From positions 62,001-126,000 of the forward strand of contig KZ537965.1 of the NCBI GenBank assembly GCA_000934665.2: DNA of 64,000 nucleotides, read 5' to 3'. Made by a program: the position numbers and the translations under genes. The DNA is from Catajapyx aquilonaris (Eukaryota). Under the pieces are notes generated by a model that saw only the letters and a list, made by a program, of their open reading frames with translations, was not told the origin of the DNA and ran no database searches. Below are positions 1-12,485 of the stretch, piece by piece (position 1 is the stretch's first letter; each line of letters starts with the position of its first letter).

Positions 1-1202
1 CCTCCTCCTTTTGCAAGCTGTCACTCGAGAAAGAAGGTTTCCTTTAGTTCAAACTAATTAGGAAACCCCCTACCAGAATAACACTGGCTGGTTATGAAAC
101 TGCTATCACGGTTGTTGTGAGAAAGTGTATTGCTAGGGGAGTGGTCGCGTTGATATTACTGCAGCTGTTGGGATTCTGATGGTGCTGGGGAGTAGGAATA
201 TGGGGAGTAAGATACACACGGCAATGTTTAGAGTTCCAACTCTCTCTGAAGCAGTGAATCAGTTTCAGGGAATTCCAAGTCCCATCTGCTATATTCCATT
301 TTTTTATCCATTTCCGACCGTCGCTGAGTCGCGCCATGGCTTGGGAATTACTTCTCTTCAATCGACCATTCATTAGCCCACTTTCAAACTTTTGATGACA
401 GTGAATCCTATTATCCTGCAGAGTTTTCGCAAATGGAGCTCGGCGGGGTTGGGAGAGAGAGAGGGAGCGAGAAAAATATGTAGAAAGAAGGAAAAAGGGT
501 TTTGGGGGGCCGAGCGAGATGCTGATACCGAAAGTAAAAGACTTAATTATGGTTCCTTAATTCGATGCGGATCCGGAGCTGAACAGTGGTCGCTTTTTGC
601 AAATGGTGCCCCCGTGTTGTTTTTTCCCCCATGGCTATTTCTGAAACTTTGCGTGCCTGCTGAGCTTGCGAAAAAGAATGACAAGTTTTATAGCCGCACT
701 CCTACGGTGTTTGTTAAGCGTATTGCCCCTGTGGACGTGTAGCACGCAGATCAGCACAAAAAGAGTGGGGCCAACAGCCATGAAATCAATGGATGACTTT
801 ATTATGCGGGGAGGAGGAAGAGTGGGGGACCATTTACGTTGTGATGATTTAAAATTGGGAGGGTGTGTGTTGGGTGTATATTACGGGGTGTAAATTAAGA
901 CTTCGAATGGTGTCATTGGTGCTTGAAGGTCGTCCAGTGCAGTGGTTGACATGGATGGCTTCATTATTCTGCCTCTGATTTATAATTTAAATAACATAAA
1001 ACCCATTGCCCTGTACTGTATGAGTTAATGTCAGTAGATATCACAAAAATTAATTAATTCATGCCTCGCAAGCCCTAGCGTGTAGAGTTAAACCACACTT
1101 CATACTAATGATATACAGCATTGTGTGCGGTTGTGTGAAATGCAGCCATACGCTGCATGCTAATGAACTGTGTGTACTGTATGGTGCCTGTAATAACCAT
1201 GT

Positions 1203-1278
1203 TACTAACGTTTATTTATCTTTCTCCGCAGGTAAGCAGTGTGCAACCTTTCTCATTCGCCCAACCATCACAGTAAGT
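1203..1278 (+). other. Candidate recursive splice site (ratchet point) 1 with 41-nt cryptic RS-exon (1232-1272)
   Basis: TACTAAC branch consensus 1203-1209, pyrimidine tract, then CAG (AG 1230-1231) directly followed by GTAAGC (1232-1237). Second donor GTAAGT at 1273-1278. Confidence 0.75.
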
Positions 1279-4200
1279 GGTGCATCAATAATAAATTCGG
1301 CCCTCGTTTACTTGTTTACTTGTGAGCAAAACGGCCACAAAACATTTAAAAATATTTTGACAAAATGTGTTGCATGTGAGTATATTGTTGCTTGAAATTC
1401 ATGTATTTCTTCACAGTCATCTTTCGTTTTAATTGCTTTTGGGTCAACCGTGTTATCTTCTGCAGGCGGCGAGTTGCTTTAGCTTAAATTGCATGACACT
1501 TATGACCCGCTTAGGTGAACGACCCCGACCGGTAACATATATACGTCTTGCGAATATTACTCTCCCAAGATAAAGGTTATTCCCGCCCATACATTCGCCG
1601 CCCATTGTGTCCTTTTGCACAGTACAATCACAAAGGCTTGTTTACGAAAACCCGCCACCTCGAAAACAAAAGGACAAGAATCAGAGTGGCCTGACCAGTG
1701 GAAATTACACTCGAGCGACCCTGCTGGTAACCACTTGAGTGTTCCGGCAGATATAGGCTGTCCCGGACACGGTTCTGTGCCCCATGGGCTGGCTTCTCCG
1801 GGACAAAACAAACCCCGGAGAAAGTTTTGTTACGCGGCCCAGGCACACTGCCCACATGATAAGAGAACGGATAGTCATTTCATCCATTTCGCACAATATT
1901 TGCTAGCAATTTCACACGGTGCAGAAAACATGTACGAATCTTATCCTCTGTCTCCGGATTCAGGACGAGAGGAGCCGCAGCTTAATCTAGGGAAACGTGC
2001 TGCTCTCCAGGGCATGTTATAATGACGCCGTAAATTACCGCGGTTCTCTCTCTACGGAAAAGCTGAAAAGCGGATTATCTTTTTCTGGGGGCCGCTCAAG
2101 GCGCTAATGTCAAATATGGTTGTTTTCTCCAGGCGCCCGTGCAATATGTGGCACAAAATAATCTGGTGGACGTGAACTTGGGTGGAAAATGTTGGCCGTC
2201 ACGCGTCAGATAATTTAAGCCCTTTTGGCTTCAAGCTGCGACCTTTTTTTTTGCAAAAAGTTTTTTGGATGCTGGTCAGTGAAAAACGAGGATGCGTCAT
2301 TGTTGCAAGTCGCTTCTAAATTGCGAAGTTTTTGTTGTGTTATTTATTAGAAAAAGGGATGAGTTGTGGCGACATTTATATTCGCCAAAAAAAATTGTTC
2401 GATGACAAATTAACATATTCGAAGAATATGAAAAGTGCAGGAAAGTTCAGTTTTTGGGCAAAAATTGATAACTTCTGATTATTGTACAACCTGGCAAGCA
2501 AATCAAATTTTAGTTAGACGACACTGAGCAGAAAACATTCCTGTTTCCTCTGCTCACTGTATTCGTGCTTTATTCATTAGAGGCGCACATTTTTGATGAT
2601 GGGAGTCGTGAAGATCTGATTTGGGCAGAAGGTTTTTAGAAGGTTAATTGCGCAATGTATAAAAAGTAGTTGCCATGGCAAACAATTGGACTGTCAGTGT
2701 TCTCGCCCACGATGGAGAGATTTCATAATGTCGTGCTGTTGTCAAATAAAGGAAGCAAATTACATCCGAGATACTCAAGGGTCAACAGTATAATGCAAAT
2801 GAGAAAACGTGACGTGAGACATGCAGTAGTTTCCATGGCAATAGAAATCTATCCTAGATCCGGCTTCCTGGAAATTCTATTTCGTAATACAACAGTGTAT
2901 ATTCACCTCTGAAGGACTCGCGGAAATATTAATTTTTTTGTCAGTAATTTTTGTCGACGATTTTTACATCCTGTCTGTAAATCTTACTAGATAAATATGT
3001 GCATATGTCTGCGCGACATTTGGTAATTTGTGTTCCTCCAACAAAAAAACACACTGTGGATTGATGTCGTCAACTGCTGAGCAGCAGTAACTCAAGCCGA
3101 GCCCGTAAACTAGTAAGGGCAACATCTCATCACGGGCTCAGAGAGCCGGCATAATGGATAGCCAACTGCGACTTGTGTTATTACTGGCGGATTTAGTCGT
3201 CGTGTTAATGACGAGTTCGACGCCAGGGATTAGAGCAGCTTCTGCCGGAGTTATATACCCCTTAAGGGTTGCCTTCGTCGCTGCTGCACATTCCGCAGGC
3301 CCTTCAGCGGGATGAAGATGTTACAGTGTATAAGGAGAGGAGAGGGGTCTGGGCGAGGAGGGTTATGCATCTCTGCAAGCCGCCTCCGGGTTTTCTGTGC
3401 TGGCTGCCGGAGGAGAGTGTAAATCAATATCCCCTGGACCCCCGGTTCCTGTATATTGACTCATGTTATGAAGCCGTCCCACTAGAGCTCTAGGCTAAAT
3501 GAAGCTCTTCTTGACAACTAACAGTCCAATAAATCGAAATATGCGACAGCGATGTGCCATCCTAGCATCTTTTTTTAAAAGAAAAAAGAGGGGACCAAAT
3601 CGCCTATTGTCGACGGCCATTATAGGTGGGAGGGAGAGGAAGAAGGGTAGAAAAATCTCCACAATTCCTTCCGATAGCGGGCATGCCGATATTGCATTTT
3701 TTTTTTAAACGGGAGCCCAGAAAAAGAGCCCTCTGCGATAGTCATTTTGTCCTCTCACTGTGAGGCCCTTAAATCCTGTCGTGAATATTTGAAAAGACAG
3801 CTCTGACATGAAAAGAACACGAAAAGATTTATTCCAAAAGGTAGAACCAGGCGATGCGTCAACATCGACTATGGCATGGGACATTGTTTGTCACGTCCTC
3901 CTGAGGTGAACCAGACTGACAGAAGTGTGACAGTGAGACTGGTCTATTGACACTGTCAGCGGTGGCAACACGCAATGGTTGTTCACCAGGCCATTTTCAA
4001 ACCTATATATATTGTAGACTCGGGGCTGGGTAATTTGCAAGGGGAGTGATTAAATGGCTTCGGCAAAGTTCATTAATAAAGCTACGAAACACCTACGGTT
4101 AACTTGAGGAAAATTATTCACTCCCTCTCATTAAGAGCAATTCCTCGTCAAAATGCTGCACAACCGTTGGGCCTGACTGGATCTGCCTTCTTCTCCAACA

Positions 4201-7200
4201 TAATGATCCCTTGCAGAGAAAATCGAAGACTGATAATAATAGTGATGAGTCGAATCGAGTTGATGATCGTGAGAGTCGTGTTGCTGCAACCTGTGTTTTA
4301 AGAACGATGAGCTTTGAAGTAACCCATTATTTAAAACAGAAGGTATGTAGCGTAACAACATCGTGAAAAATCTCTATATTTAGTGTACAGTATTTTAAAA
4401 CGTTGCATTTTTTAAAAGAAAAAAGCCAACACAAATTGCTTCATATTTTAACAGAATTTTGCATACGGCTGAATTTTATACTAAAATCATCATTAATGAA
4501 ATAATACTTTGGGCTAAATAATGCTTAGCGTTTCTCATCTTTAGGTAATGGGCAACTATTTGTGCCAAAACCAGTTAATTTCGATCCAGAATCTGATACC
4601 AGTGATTGTGGTCATCCTGCACTTTCCTCACTTTTTAGTGCAACAACCTCCGTTCTTTTGTTCCCTGAGCTTTTGAAGCGTTTTCATGTAATGAGCAATT
4701 AAGTGCAACGCCATGATAATCAATAGGAAGCATTAATTTCGCATAAAATACAATAAAGATGATCAGCGAGCAATTCCAAAACGCGTCCGCGGGGCATTAT
4801 TCCGTCAGCAAGCAGAGATTAGCGGAGCTTCAAGTCGGGCTTAAACGTCTCTTCACCTATTTCCACGGCATTACCGCTCTTTTTCGCCTCCCCCACCCCC
4901 TCCAACCCCATCCCGATTAATCGAAGCTCGGATAGTTCTAATAGACCCGAACGTGACTCTAATGCAACCAGCGTATGGAGACTAAAAAAGACCTCGCCAA
5001 CGAACCAACGAAATAGCCCCAGCTTTTGCCTAGGTGCACACAAAAATCTATGCGAACCTATATATTATTCCCCGATAGTGATCTCATGCATAGTAAAAGG
5101 TAAAGTTCACCCCCGTCCCCTCCTCTCCATGCCCTCGAAACACGCGGGAAAATCTAATCTTCAAACCCATGAGATTGTCGTGGGGAACTAAATATTCGTA
5201 TTGTTTGATCTGCACTCGTGGTTTTCTCCTTCCCCCGCTCTAATATGCTGAGCTTCCCTATACAAAAAGTACAGGGTGATGCTTAATGCTCAAAGCGGTT
5301 CAATAGGAGGATAATGGCTCTTGTATAGGGAATGTCACGGAATGTTGGCTTCAGCGACCTTATGTTGAAGGGGCAAATAATTGAATCGGAGGCCTGTTTC
5401 TGGGATGACCTGGTCATATTGAACTGTGGACATGGTCAGTGCACCACCCTGTCTCATTTCATTTCGCGATTTCTTCCTCTCCCCTCTGGAGAGCACCACT
5501 TGCGCCCCCCTAACAAAATGGCGTGCCGAGGGGTAAGCACTCGGGTAGTGCCACAGCTAATATCCCCAAACTGAGGGGGTGGGTCCTCATCTCCCCAGTA
5601 CTTGGGGGGGATGTCTTCCCAATCCGTGAGTAGGGAGGGAGGACAAAAGAACCCCCAGGGCAATTTTACCAATCACGGCCATAAACAGGCAAGTGGTAGT
5701 ACGTAAGGCCGGATTATATTGACTCAACATTTTGCCGTCCGTGTGGCCATCTAGGGTCTTGTTGGAATGTTGAGAGGGGGCTGTAGGAGTGAGGAAATTG
5801 CAAAGGGGGGGCTGTATAGTGGTATTAAGTGTCATCCCCTTGGACCTGTTTGCTGCCTCTCCTCAGCACATAATTCCTGGCAACATCCTCATGACGTTGT
5901 TGAGTGTGCTTACAGTAAGAAGAGCACGTAAATGACTTTGTATGGACATGTTTCTTCAAAGTAATTCCAGTACAGTGAACCATCTGCTGATATTGGACCA
6001 GACTGCATCGAATATGGATCAGGACGGTCAATGTCGTCCCTTTTTTTTGCATGACTATGCAGAAGAAAATCAGGGTTGGACCCCATCCTCCCCTCAACTG
6101 AATCAATCAATGTTATTGCTCACTCTGGAGCGACAATAAGGGTCTCACGTATCAAGAAAATGGGTCAAGTCGTAATGAGAGGAAAGGAGGGGTGGGTCCT
6201 TCTCTTTTCTGAAGTGGAGGAGGATTCGAGGCACAAACTTTATGTGGTTGGGGGGAGCTGCTTAGCAAAAGCCCATTTATCATCGTTGGGATGGATTAGA
6301 TGAGTTTTTCAGACATGATGAATGGAGGCGGAACGGAGGGGTAGGTAGGGAGGGGGGAGATTTCGACAATCCTCTTCTTTTATTCCGGACGGTGCACGTG
6401 TTTTTGGCCGGTTCATACCGTCTTTACTCTGCCACTCAAAACTCGGTCAGACAAGTCTTTTCTTCCGTCTTCAGCGTCTTCTTCTTTACATCTCATTGGT
6501 TCCAAAATCGCAGTTGTTAACAATACTGTAGGCCTAGTAATAATATTGTGGCAACAGCTTTATTGTCGGTCATGCGACACAACCTGACTCTCTTTAACAG
6601 CTTGCTGGAGGGGTGTTCTTTAATTACGAGACCTGGTTATTCAGCTCATAAAGGTCATGAGCTCGGGTTACATGCTACATGCGGCGTGACGTTGAATACC
6701 TGCTGTACAACGCATAATTTCTCACGCAAAGTTTCAGGCCCGGTCCTCTCTGTATGTGTGTGTTTTTTTTTGTTCGTCGGATAAACACAGCAGGTTTCAA
6801 GCGCTTTTACTGTTATTTTACTGTACCCAAAGTGATGTGCTGCCTAGCACTGCCCTGAAGCTGTATCATTTACAGTATATGAAGAGAACTTGACGCATGG
6901 TTTGGATTGTGGGAGAAATAAGCACTTATTTTAGTTGCTACTAAGCAGATTCTGTTGGATTATGCCAAGGCTATTTTAAGCTGAGTAAATGAGCCTTTGA
7001 AAACCACTCATACGATTAAATGATTCCGAATCACGCTGTACACCCAGGATGTGAAGCGTATAAATTTTAAAAGTCGTTTTTGTGTGTATGTGTGACGTTT
7101 AAGCTCTGAGAGAGTATAGAAAAGGTCTTTGTTTTTGGCGTGGAAATTGCGCAGAACGTCGAGGCGCACAAGTGGTCAAAAGGGGGACACCGCAAATCAG

Positions 7201-10200
7201 AGTGGAAAGTGGAGTGCAGAGCCAAGTAATCGAAAGGGCGTTTGGGGGGGCAGGCTTTTATGTATACCCCTAGCTTTATTGAGGGAACACGAGACTGCCG
7301 CTTCAGATTTGTTGCCTCATGCACAAAATCCAGATCATTCAGGTACCCGTGGTTAGGAGTCAAGCAGTTCCTTAAATTTTCCAAGAGTAGAACGTTGGAT
7401 TGGAAACCTTGCCCTTGATCTATCGATTGCGGAATACATTCAGGTGTAATCAATACACTGTCGGTCGCGTATAGGTTGAATTTTTTTTTGCAAAATCTAA
7501 TACATTGAGAGTACTCGAATACAGCTAAAAAGCATACGGCAACTGAAAACTAAATGGATGCGACTTAATAGATGCGTCCTCTCACAATGGGGATTGAGAT
7601 TGATCAGTTTTAAATCGCAGTCTGGTTCCTTCCCCCAGCGCCGTTTTTTCCCTCCCCTAAAGAACATTACATCTGGTATCAGTCCCTCTGAGCATTTTCC
7701 CCACAAGAAAAGGAAGGGGGCACAAAAAATACAACAAGCATCGAAGGAGGGTGAAGGGAGAAGGATTTGTATTGTGTAGCTGCGATTGACATTTCCTCTT
7801 CCCAGGGAGAATGAAAGTGACAATCGGAGATTGATTCTACGCAAATGGTCAACCCACAAAATTCGACTCGGTTGTGCCAAATTTTTGGGCGTATATGATG
7901 AGTATGGTTGCTAAAAAATTTAGGTGTATTACCTCTCTTGAGGTAGGACGATCAATCTCTGGCTTTTGTAGGGTCTCATTAAAAATGCCCGTCGACATTC
8001 GATTAGCGGGGGCCTTAATTGTCCCCACCTCCCAGGATTTTTATCGGTGTATGAAAGAATAAGAGAGAAAGGAAGGGCAAATGAGGCCATTTTTTTCCTT
8101 TATGAATCTTGAATAGCCCGCAAAAATACCTCATTACTCGCATTCAAATGCCGAGTAAATGACGTTTTCAGGTGATGGATTGTCGCTCTTTATTTGGGGC
8201 AGAAGTGGACAAGGGGCGGACCGCATAATTATTGTTCATTTTATTGATACGTTCAACAATTTATGGCGACTGCTTGAAAAAGGATGTACCGCTTCCCCAA
8301 CTGACAGTTTGACGCATTCGTGTTGCTATCAATTAAAATCTGGGGAGTTAACCATGCAGTACATCCAGCAGGCAGTTATTGGCATATGTCTCCTGAAATA
8401 TTTTCGCAGATCTAATTTTCACGAGCTCACTGCACTATAAATTAGCACATCCCCCGTCAACTTCAGTCCTAAGTAATAATATTGAACCTCCGGATAATAC
8501 ACCCCCCCCCCTCCCCAGCAATTATTTATCCTCCTTGCAATGTTTAGTTGACACGAAAATTTCCTTTTGCTCCGACCCGGAATGAACCTGAACTTCTGGT
8601 GTGAATGGAACCATCTGTTGAGGTAGCATTACCAGCCAAATTATAACCTGGAAATTTATAGTCACGAATGTGGCGAAAGGTCTCTAAAGTCTTCCTGAGT
8701 ACAGTACCTGTGTTCAGCCTCTTAGGGTATCCGGGTGTGGTGTATATATATAAAACCAAGTGATGAAAGCGGCGGAAACTTGCTAATTGTGTATGTGTTT
8801 AGCAGTGAAGACATTGGGTTGATTGGTCGGAATATTTTCAACTGGAGAGAGACCTGCCGATTGATGTTTTTTTTTTGAGAGAGAGGGAATGCTCGGGCAC
8901 GTCTTGTCGCCCACTATTCCGGACCTCTTCCATCATAAGGCAATCCGTCTGGAAAATTACTGGCGGGGGGTAAGACAGTTCGGCACGCGAAAATGTGAAA
9001 TCCTGATAAGAGTTTTGGAGGGGGGCATCAGGCCTCTATCCCCGGTAGCGGGCTTGTGACGGATGTGTGGCTCACTGGAAATCAACTTTCATAATTCAAT
9101 GACATGTTCCGCCGCAGGGGGAAGGGCCAATAAAGAGATACCTTCGAAGACGGAACCTCTGAAGGATATAAATTCGTAGCCTTCTATAACAGTGTATTGA
9201 ACTCGTTGTGTTATTAATCAAACTACAATTGTGCAGGTTGCACTGGCAAAGTGGATGATTTTACAATGAGTTGATTTTTTAATTAGATCAAACTCGTGCC
9301 TAAAGTGTGCTGTGTATTATGCACACACAGTTGCTCCAGGTGAAAACTTAATGGAAGGCAGAGTGACAAACACTTGGTTTTATATTAATAAAGTGGTGCT
9401 TCGGACCACTACTCGTTAGGAAACTGCATCTCATGTTAATGTACCGCTGTACTTGTCGAGTAGGATTATTGGTTACACTACAAAATATTGTTTACCTTTT
9501 TGCGAATTTTACTAGACAGGTTGTTACATTGTTTTATTTGTAACCAAAAAATTGCCAAAAGGCACTAAGAAAATATTTCCTGATGCATGTCACCGACATG
9601 TATAGCAATATTTTAAGTAATGAAAACTAGATTATGAGTCGTAGCCTTGTTGCTAATAATGTAGGCCAAGACGTGTCTCTTTCTCTGTCTCTTCTTTTTT
9701 TTGCGACAGGAAGAGACTACTCGGTGGGGGCCTTAATGTGGAAAGCAACTTTCATAGCCCGCGGCGGTGCAAACTGAAACTTTTATAGGCAAGTCCATGT
9801 TAAACAGAGTTGGGCAAAGTTGGCGAAGAGGCCCAATATTGTACTGTAATGGCTCAACTTTACACTTTCGGTAGGTATTTCAGTCGTTTTGTACTTTCGC
9901 CATATTACAAGGTATGGATTGCGAAGGCTTGAAAACTATACGCAAAGTTTTCTCCTTGAGCTCCCCCCCAAGGATGAAGAAGACACTAACTTTTCGGAGA
10001 GGAAATGTTTTTTTTTTTGTTTTTTTGCCGAGTAATAAATTCAAATCAACTTATGAGCCTTCCTGCTGCATCGCTTTGAATTAACTCCCGTAAAGTGCGG
10101 ACTGCCAAGTAATCCTGCTTAATATTCTGATTAAGCGAGCTGCGTATTTGTCAAGTGTCTTGTGCTCCCAGTATATATTGTGTGTGCCGATGTGAATCAA

Positions 10201-10875
10201 TAGCTATGCCTCACTGTGGGGGGTTTACACACTGCAAGATACATTGCCTGCCGGATGAAATTGTGTTGTACAGGGTGTGTCAAAACCGACTGGTTTCCTA
10301 TATAATCTGAATCATGCTGGGTATAGTATCCCAAGTGTAAACATGTTGCTTACATGTATGAAGAGTGAGGCTGGCAGGGGCTCGGCGACTGTTGACCACC
10401 TACCAGACCGATATATGGTGAGATGGTCCACAATACACGCTGAAGCTTCGCCGCTTCCCCACATTGGTTGGGCGCAATAGGCTATTAGGCAGCTCATTAT
10501 AAGCTAGCTGGCCCCCGTGCTTTATCCATAATTTATCGAGCTAGAGAACTACACTGCTGGCCACGCTTAACCATTTTTTCCCCTCTCCTCAAACCTTGCA
10601 CAATTGCTTTATCTGAGGACCTACATTTATTGAGCAATGTGTATAAAGGACTGTACACATTATTTTTGTTAAGTGTCAAGTAGGTCAACGTGCATTATTC
10701 TAATACTATCGACCCTTTTTTAGAATTGAGTCATAAAATAGTGAAAGTGAACATTTTGGGGGCACGAATGGTTTTTTCCCCCCGGTAATGTGTTTAATGT
10801 AATCCAAACCTAGTGCTGGCAAACCTAAATTTAAGTGACTTTTTGCACTCGGCCTCGGCCTTTCATTTCAGGGGG

Positions 10876-10905
10876 NNNNNNNNNNNNNNNNNNNNNNNNN
10901 NNNNN
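10876..10905. other. Assembly gap (30 N) inside a poly-G tract
   Basis: N run flanked by G runs on both sides. Confidence 0.98.
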
Positions 10906-12300
10906 GGGGGGGGGGGGACTTTGGAAAGTAATGCTAGTCATTTGGGGTAAATATTGTCACAAGCTGAAACTTGGGAAAGCGTGCTGGGCTGGCAGTCCCT
11001 GTAGGTGCAAAAAATATTTGCGTAGTCACTACAATGCCTGTGCCTTGTTTGTACTTTGATAAAACATGATATTAGCTCCGCATAATGCATTTTGTTGTAC
11101 GGGACACACACACAAAAACGCCAGTCCGCTGTGGTTATGAAAATGAAATTTTGCCAAACCTACAATCCGCCCAACAATTAAATTTGTTGCAGTTAAATAT
11201 TTACACACCCCGTGACGTGCAGTAATCCAGCAATATTTTATGAGTCATGTTTTTTTTTCTCCGCGACTTGTCGGCACCACTTAGTTGCGCAATTAGCCAC
11301 AAAAAATGTTGTATGTGCCCTGAAATAGACACGCATTACGCAAAACATGCAACATGTTTGCACAGTCCAACAGTGCACAGTGATGAGATGTTACAATTAC
11401 GACTCTTTTTTTAAACAAAAAAATTGATCGAAGGTACTATTATGGTGACAATGTCTCCAAGCCTTTCCCCTGCATGATGGTGACAACCTAAAGAATGTGA
11501 TGAGGGCAATAAACGGTGGAGCCGAAGGTCTTTGTCAGTGATCATATTGCCTTATCCGCTTGGCTTTGGCGCCCGGAATTTATGACTGATAATTACGGGG
11601 TTAGGAAGCGGCCTTCGACATGGCATAAGGGCCTCTGTGTTTGCACGCATATCGAGAAAACACCGTCGTTGTGGGCGTCTCTGAGTCGCAGGGCGACAAT
11701 TTGCCATCTCTGCTTGCTGCGACAATTCGCATGGGGGAAATAAACAATTACGCTGTTTCATTCTGTGCCGGGACTGCGAAATTGCTCAATCTTGGCGGCT
11801 TGGAATTGCGCTCTGTACGTGTTCTGAAGCTGCTGGAGCGAAGTCTTTGCCATCCAATAGGCAATCACTACTTGGGAAATGGAAGGAGGGAAATGAATGA
11901 TACACATCTGCGTTATGCAAAGAGGAGTCCCATTTGACATCCATCATTTTTCCGATGACCCTCTAATAACCCAATACATATTGAAAGGATTATGAGAACG
12001 TAGGTTGGAGGACACGTGCTTATGACCATGGTACGCTATAAAAATTACGACATGTGTAATGACCCCAATTAGGGTTCTAAATGCATAAATATGTCACCAG
12101 GATGACCTTCTTTGAAGTGACTTGGTTCTAATCGTATAACAGGGTGAATGTTACTTCAGCGGTGTGTCTATATAGTTGTCTACACGACTTTCATATTAAT
12201 ATAAGTATTGTTTTTGTTTGTTACAGTGGTCTATAAAGCATGATAATGACGTCAGGTTTCATATAAATCTAGGGTATAATGTAGATCGGGTCAGCACTGT

Positions 12301-12442
12301 ATGCCAACATCGGCCCAACATCGGATGCCAACGTCGGCCCGACGTGACAAAAAGTTAACCGTTAACATTGCCCCGACATCGCTCCCCAACATTGGCCCGG
12401 TGTCATTTGCCGACATCAGGGCGACGAAGTGTGCTACCTGGG
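12301..12442. mobile_element. One-ended DNA transposon remnant with subterminal CCRACRTCGG-like repeats
   Basis: About seven motif copies (12304, 12315, 12328, 12339, 12373, 12386, 12410) ending in GTGTGCTACCTGGG (reverse complement CCCAGGTAGCACAC). The layout resembles animal CACTA/EnSpm-type ends; the opposite TIR was not found. Confidence 0.5.
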
Positions 12443-12452
12443 AAATATCAGT

Positions 12453-12485
12453 TAACATGCAGTAGCAGCTAACATGCAGTAGCAG
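12453..12485. repeat. Tandem duplication, 17-bp period
   Basis: TAACATGCAGTAGCAG at 12453-12468 and 12470-12485. Confidence 0.85.

Noticed and set aside
2521..2560. Small hairpin (TGAGCAGA/TCTGCTCA stem) as a miRNA or terminator
   Set aside because: Too short for a pre-miRNA, no match to conserved miRNAs I recall, and intrinsic terminators are not relevant here.
12301..12420. CRISPR-like repeat array
   Set aside because: Repeats are about 10 bp, irregularly spaced and lack unique spacers; the context is eukaryotic with no cas genes.
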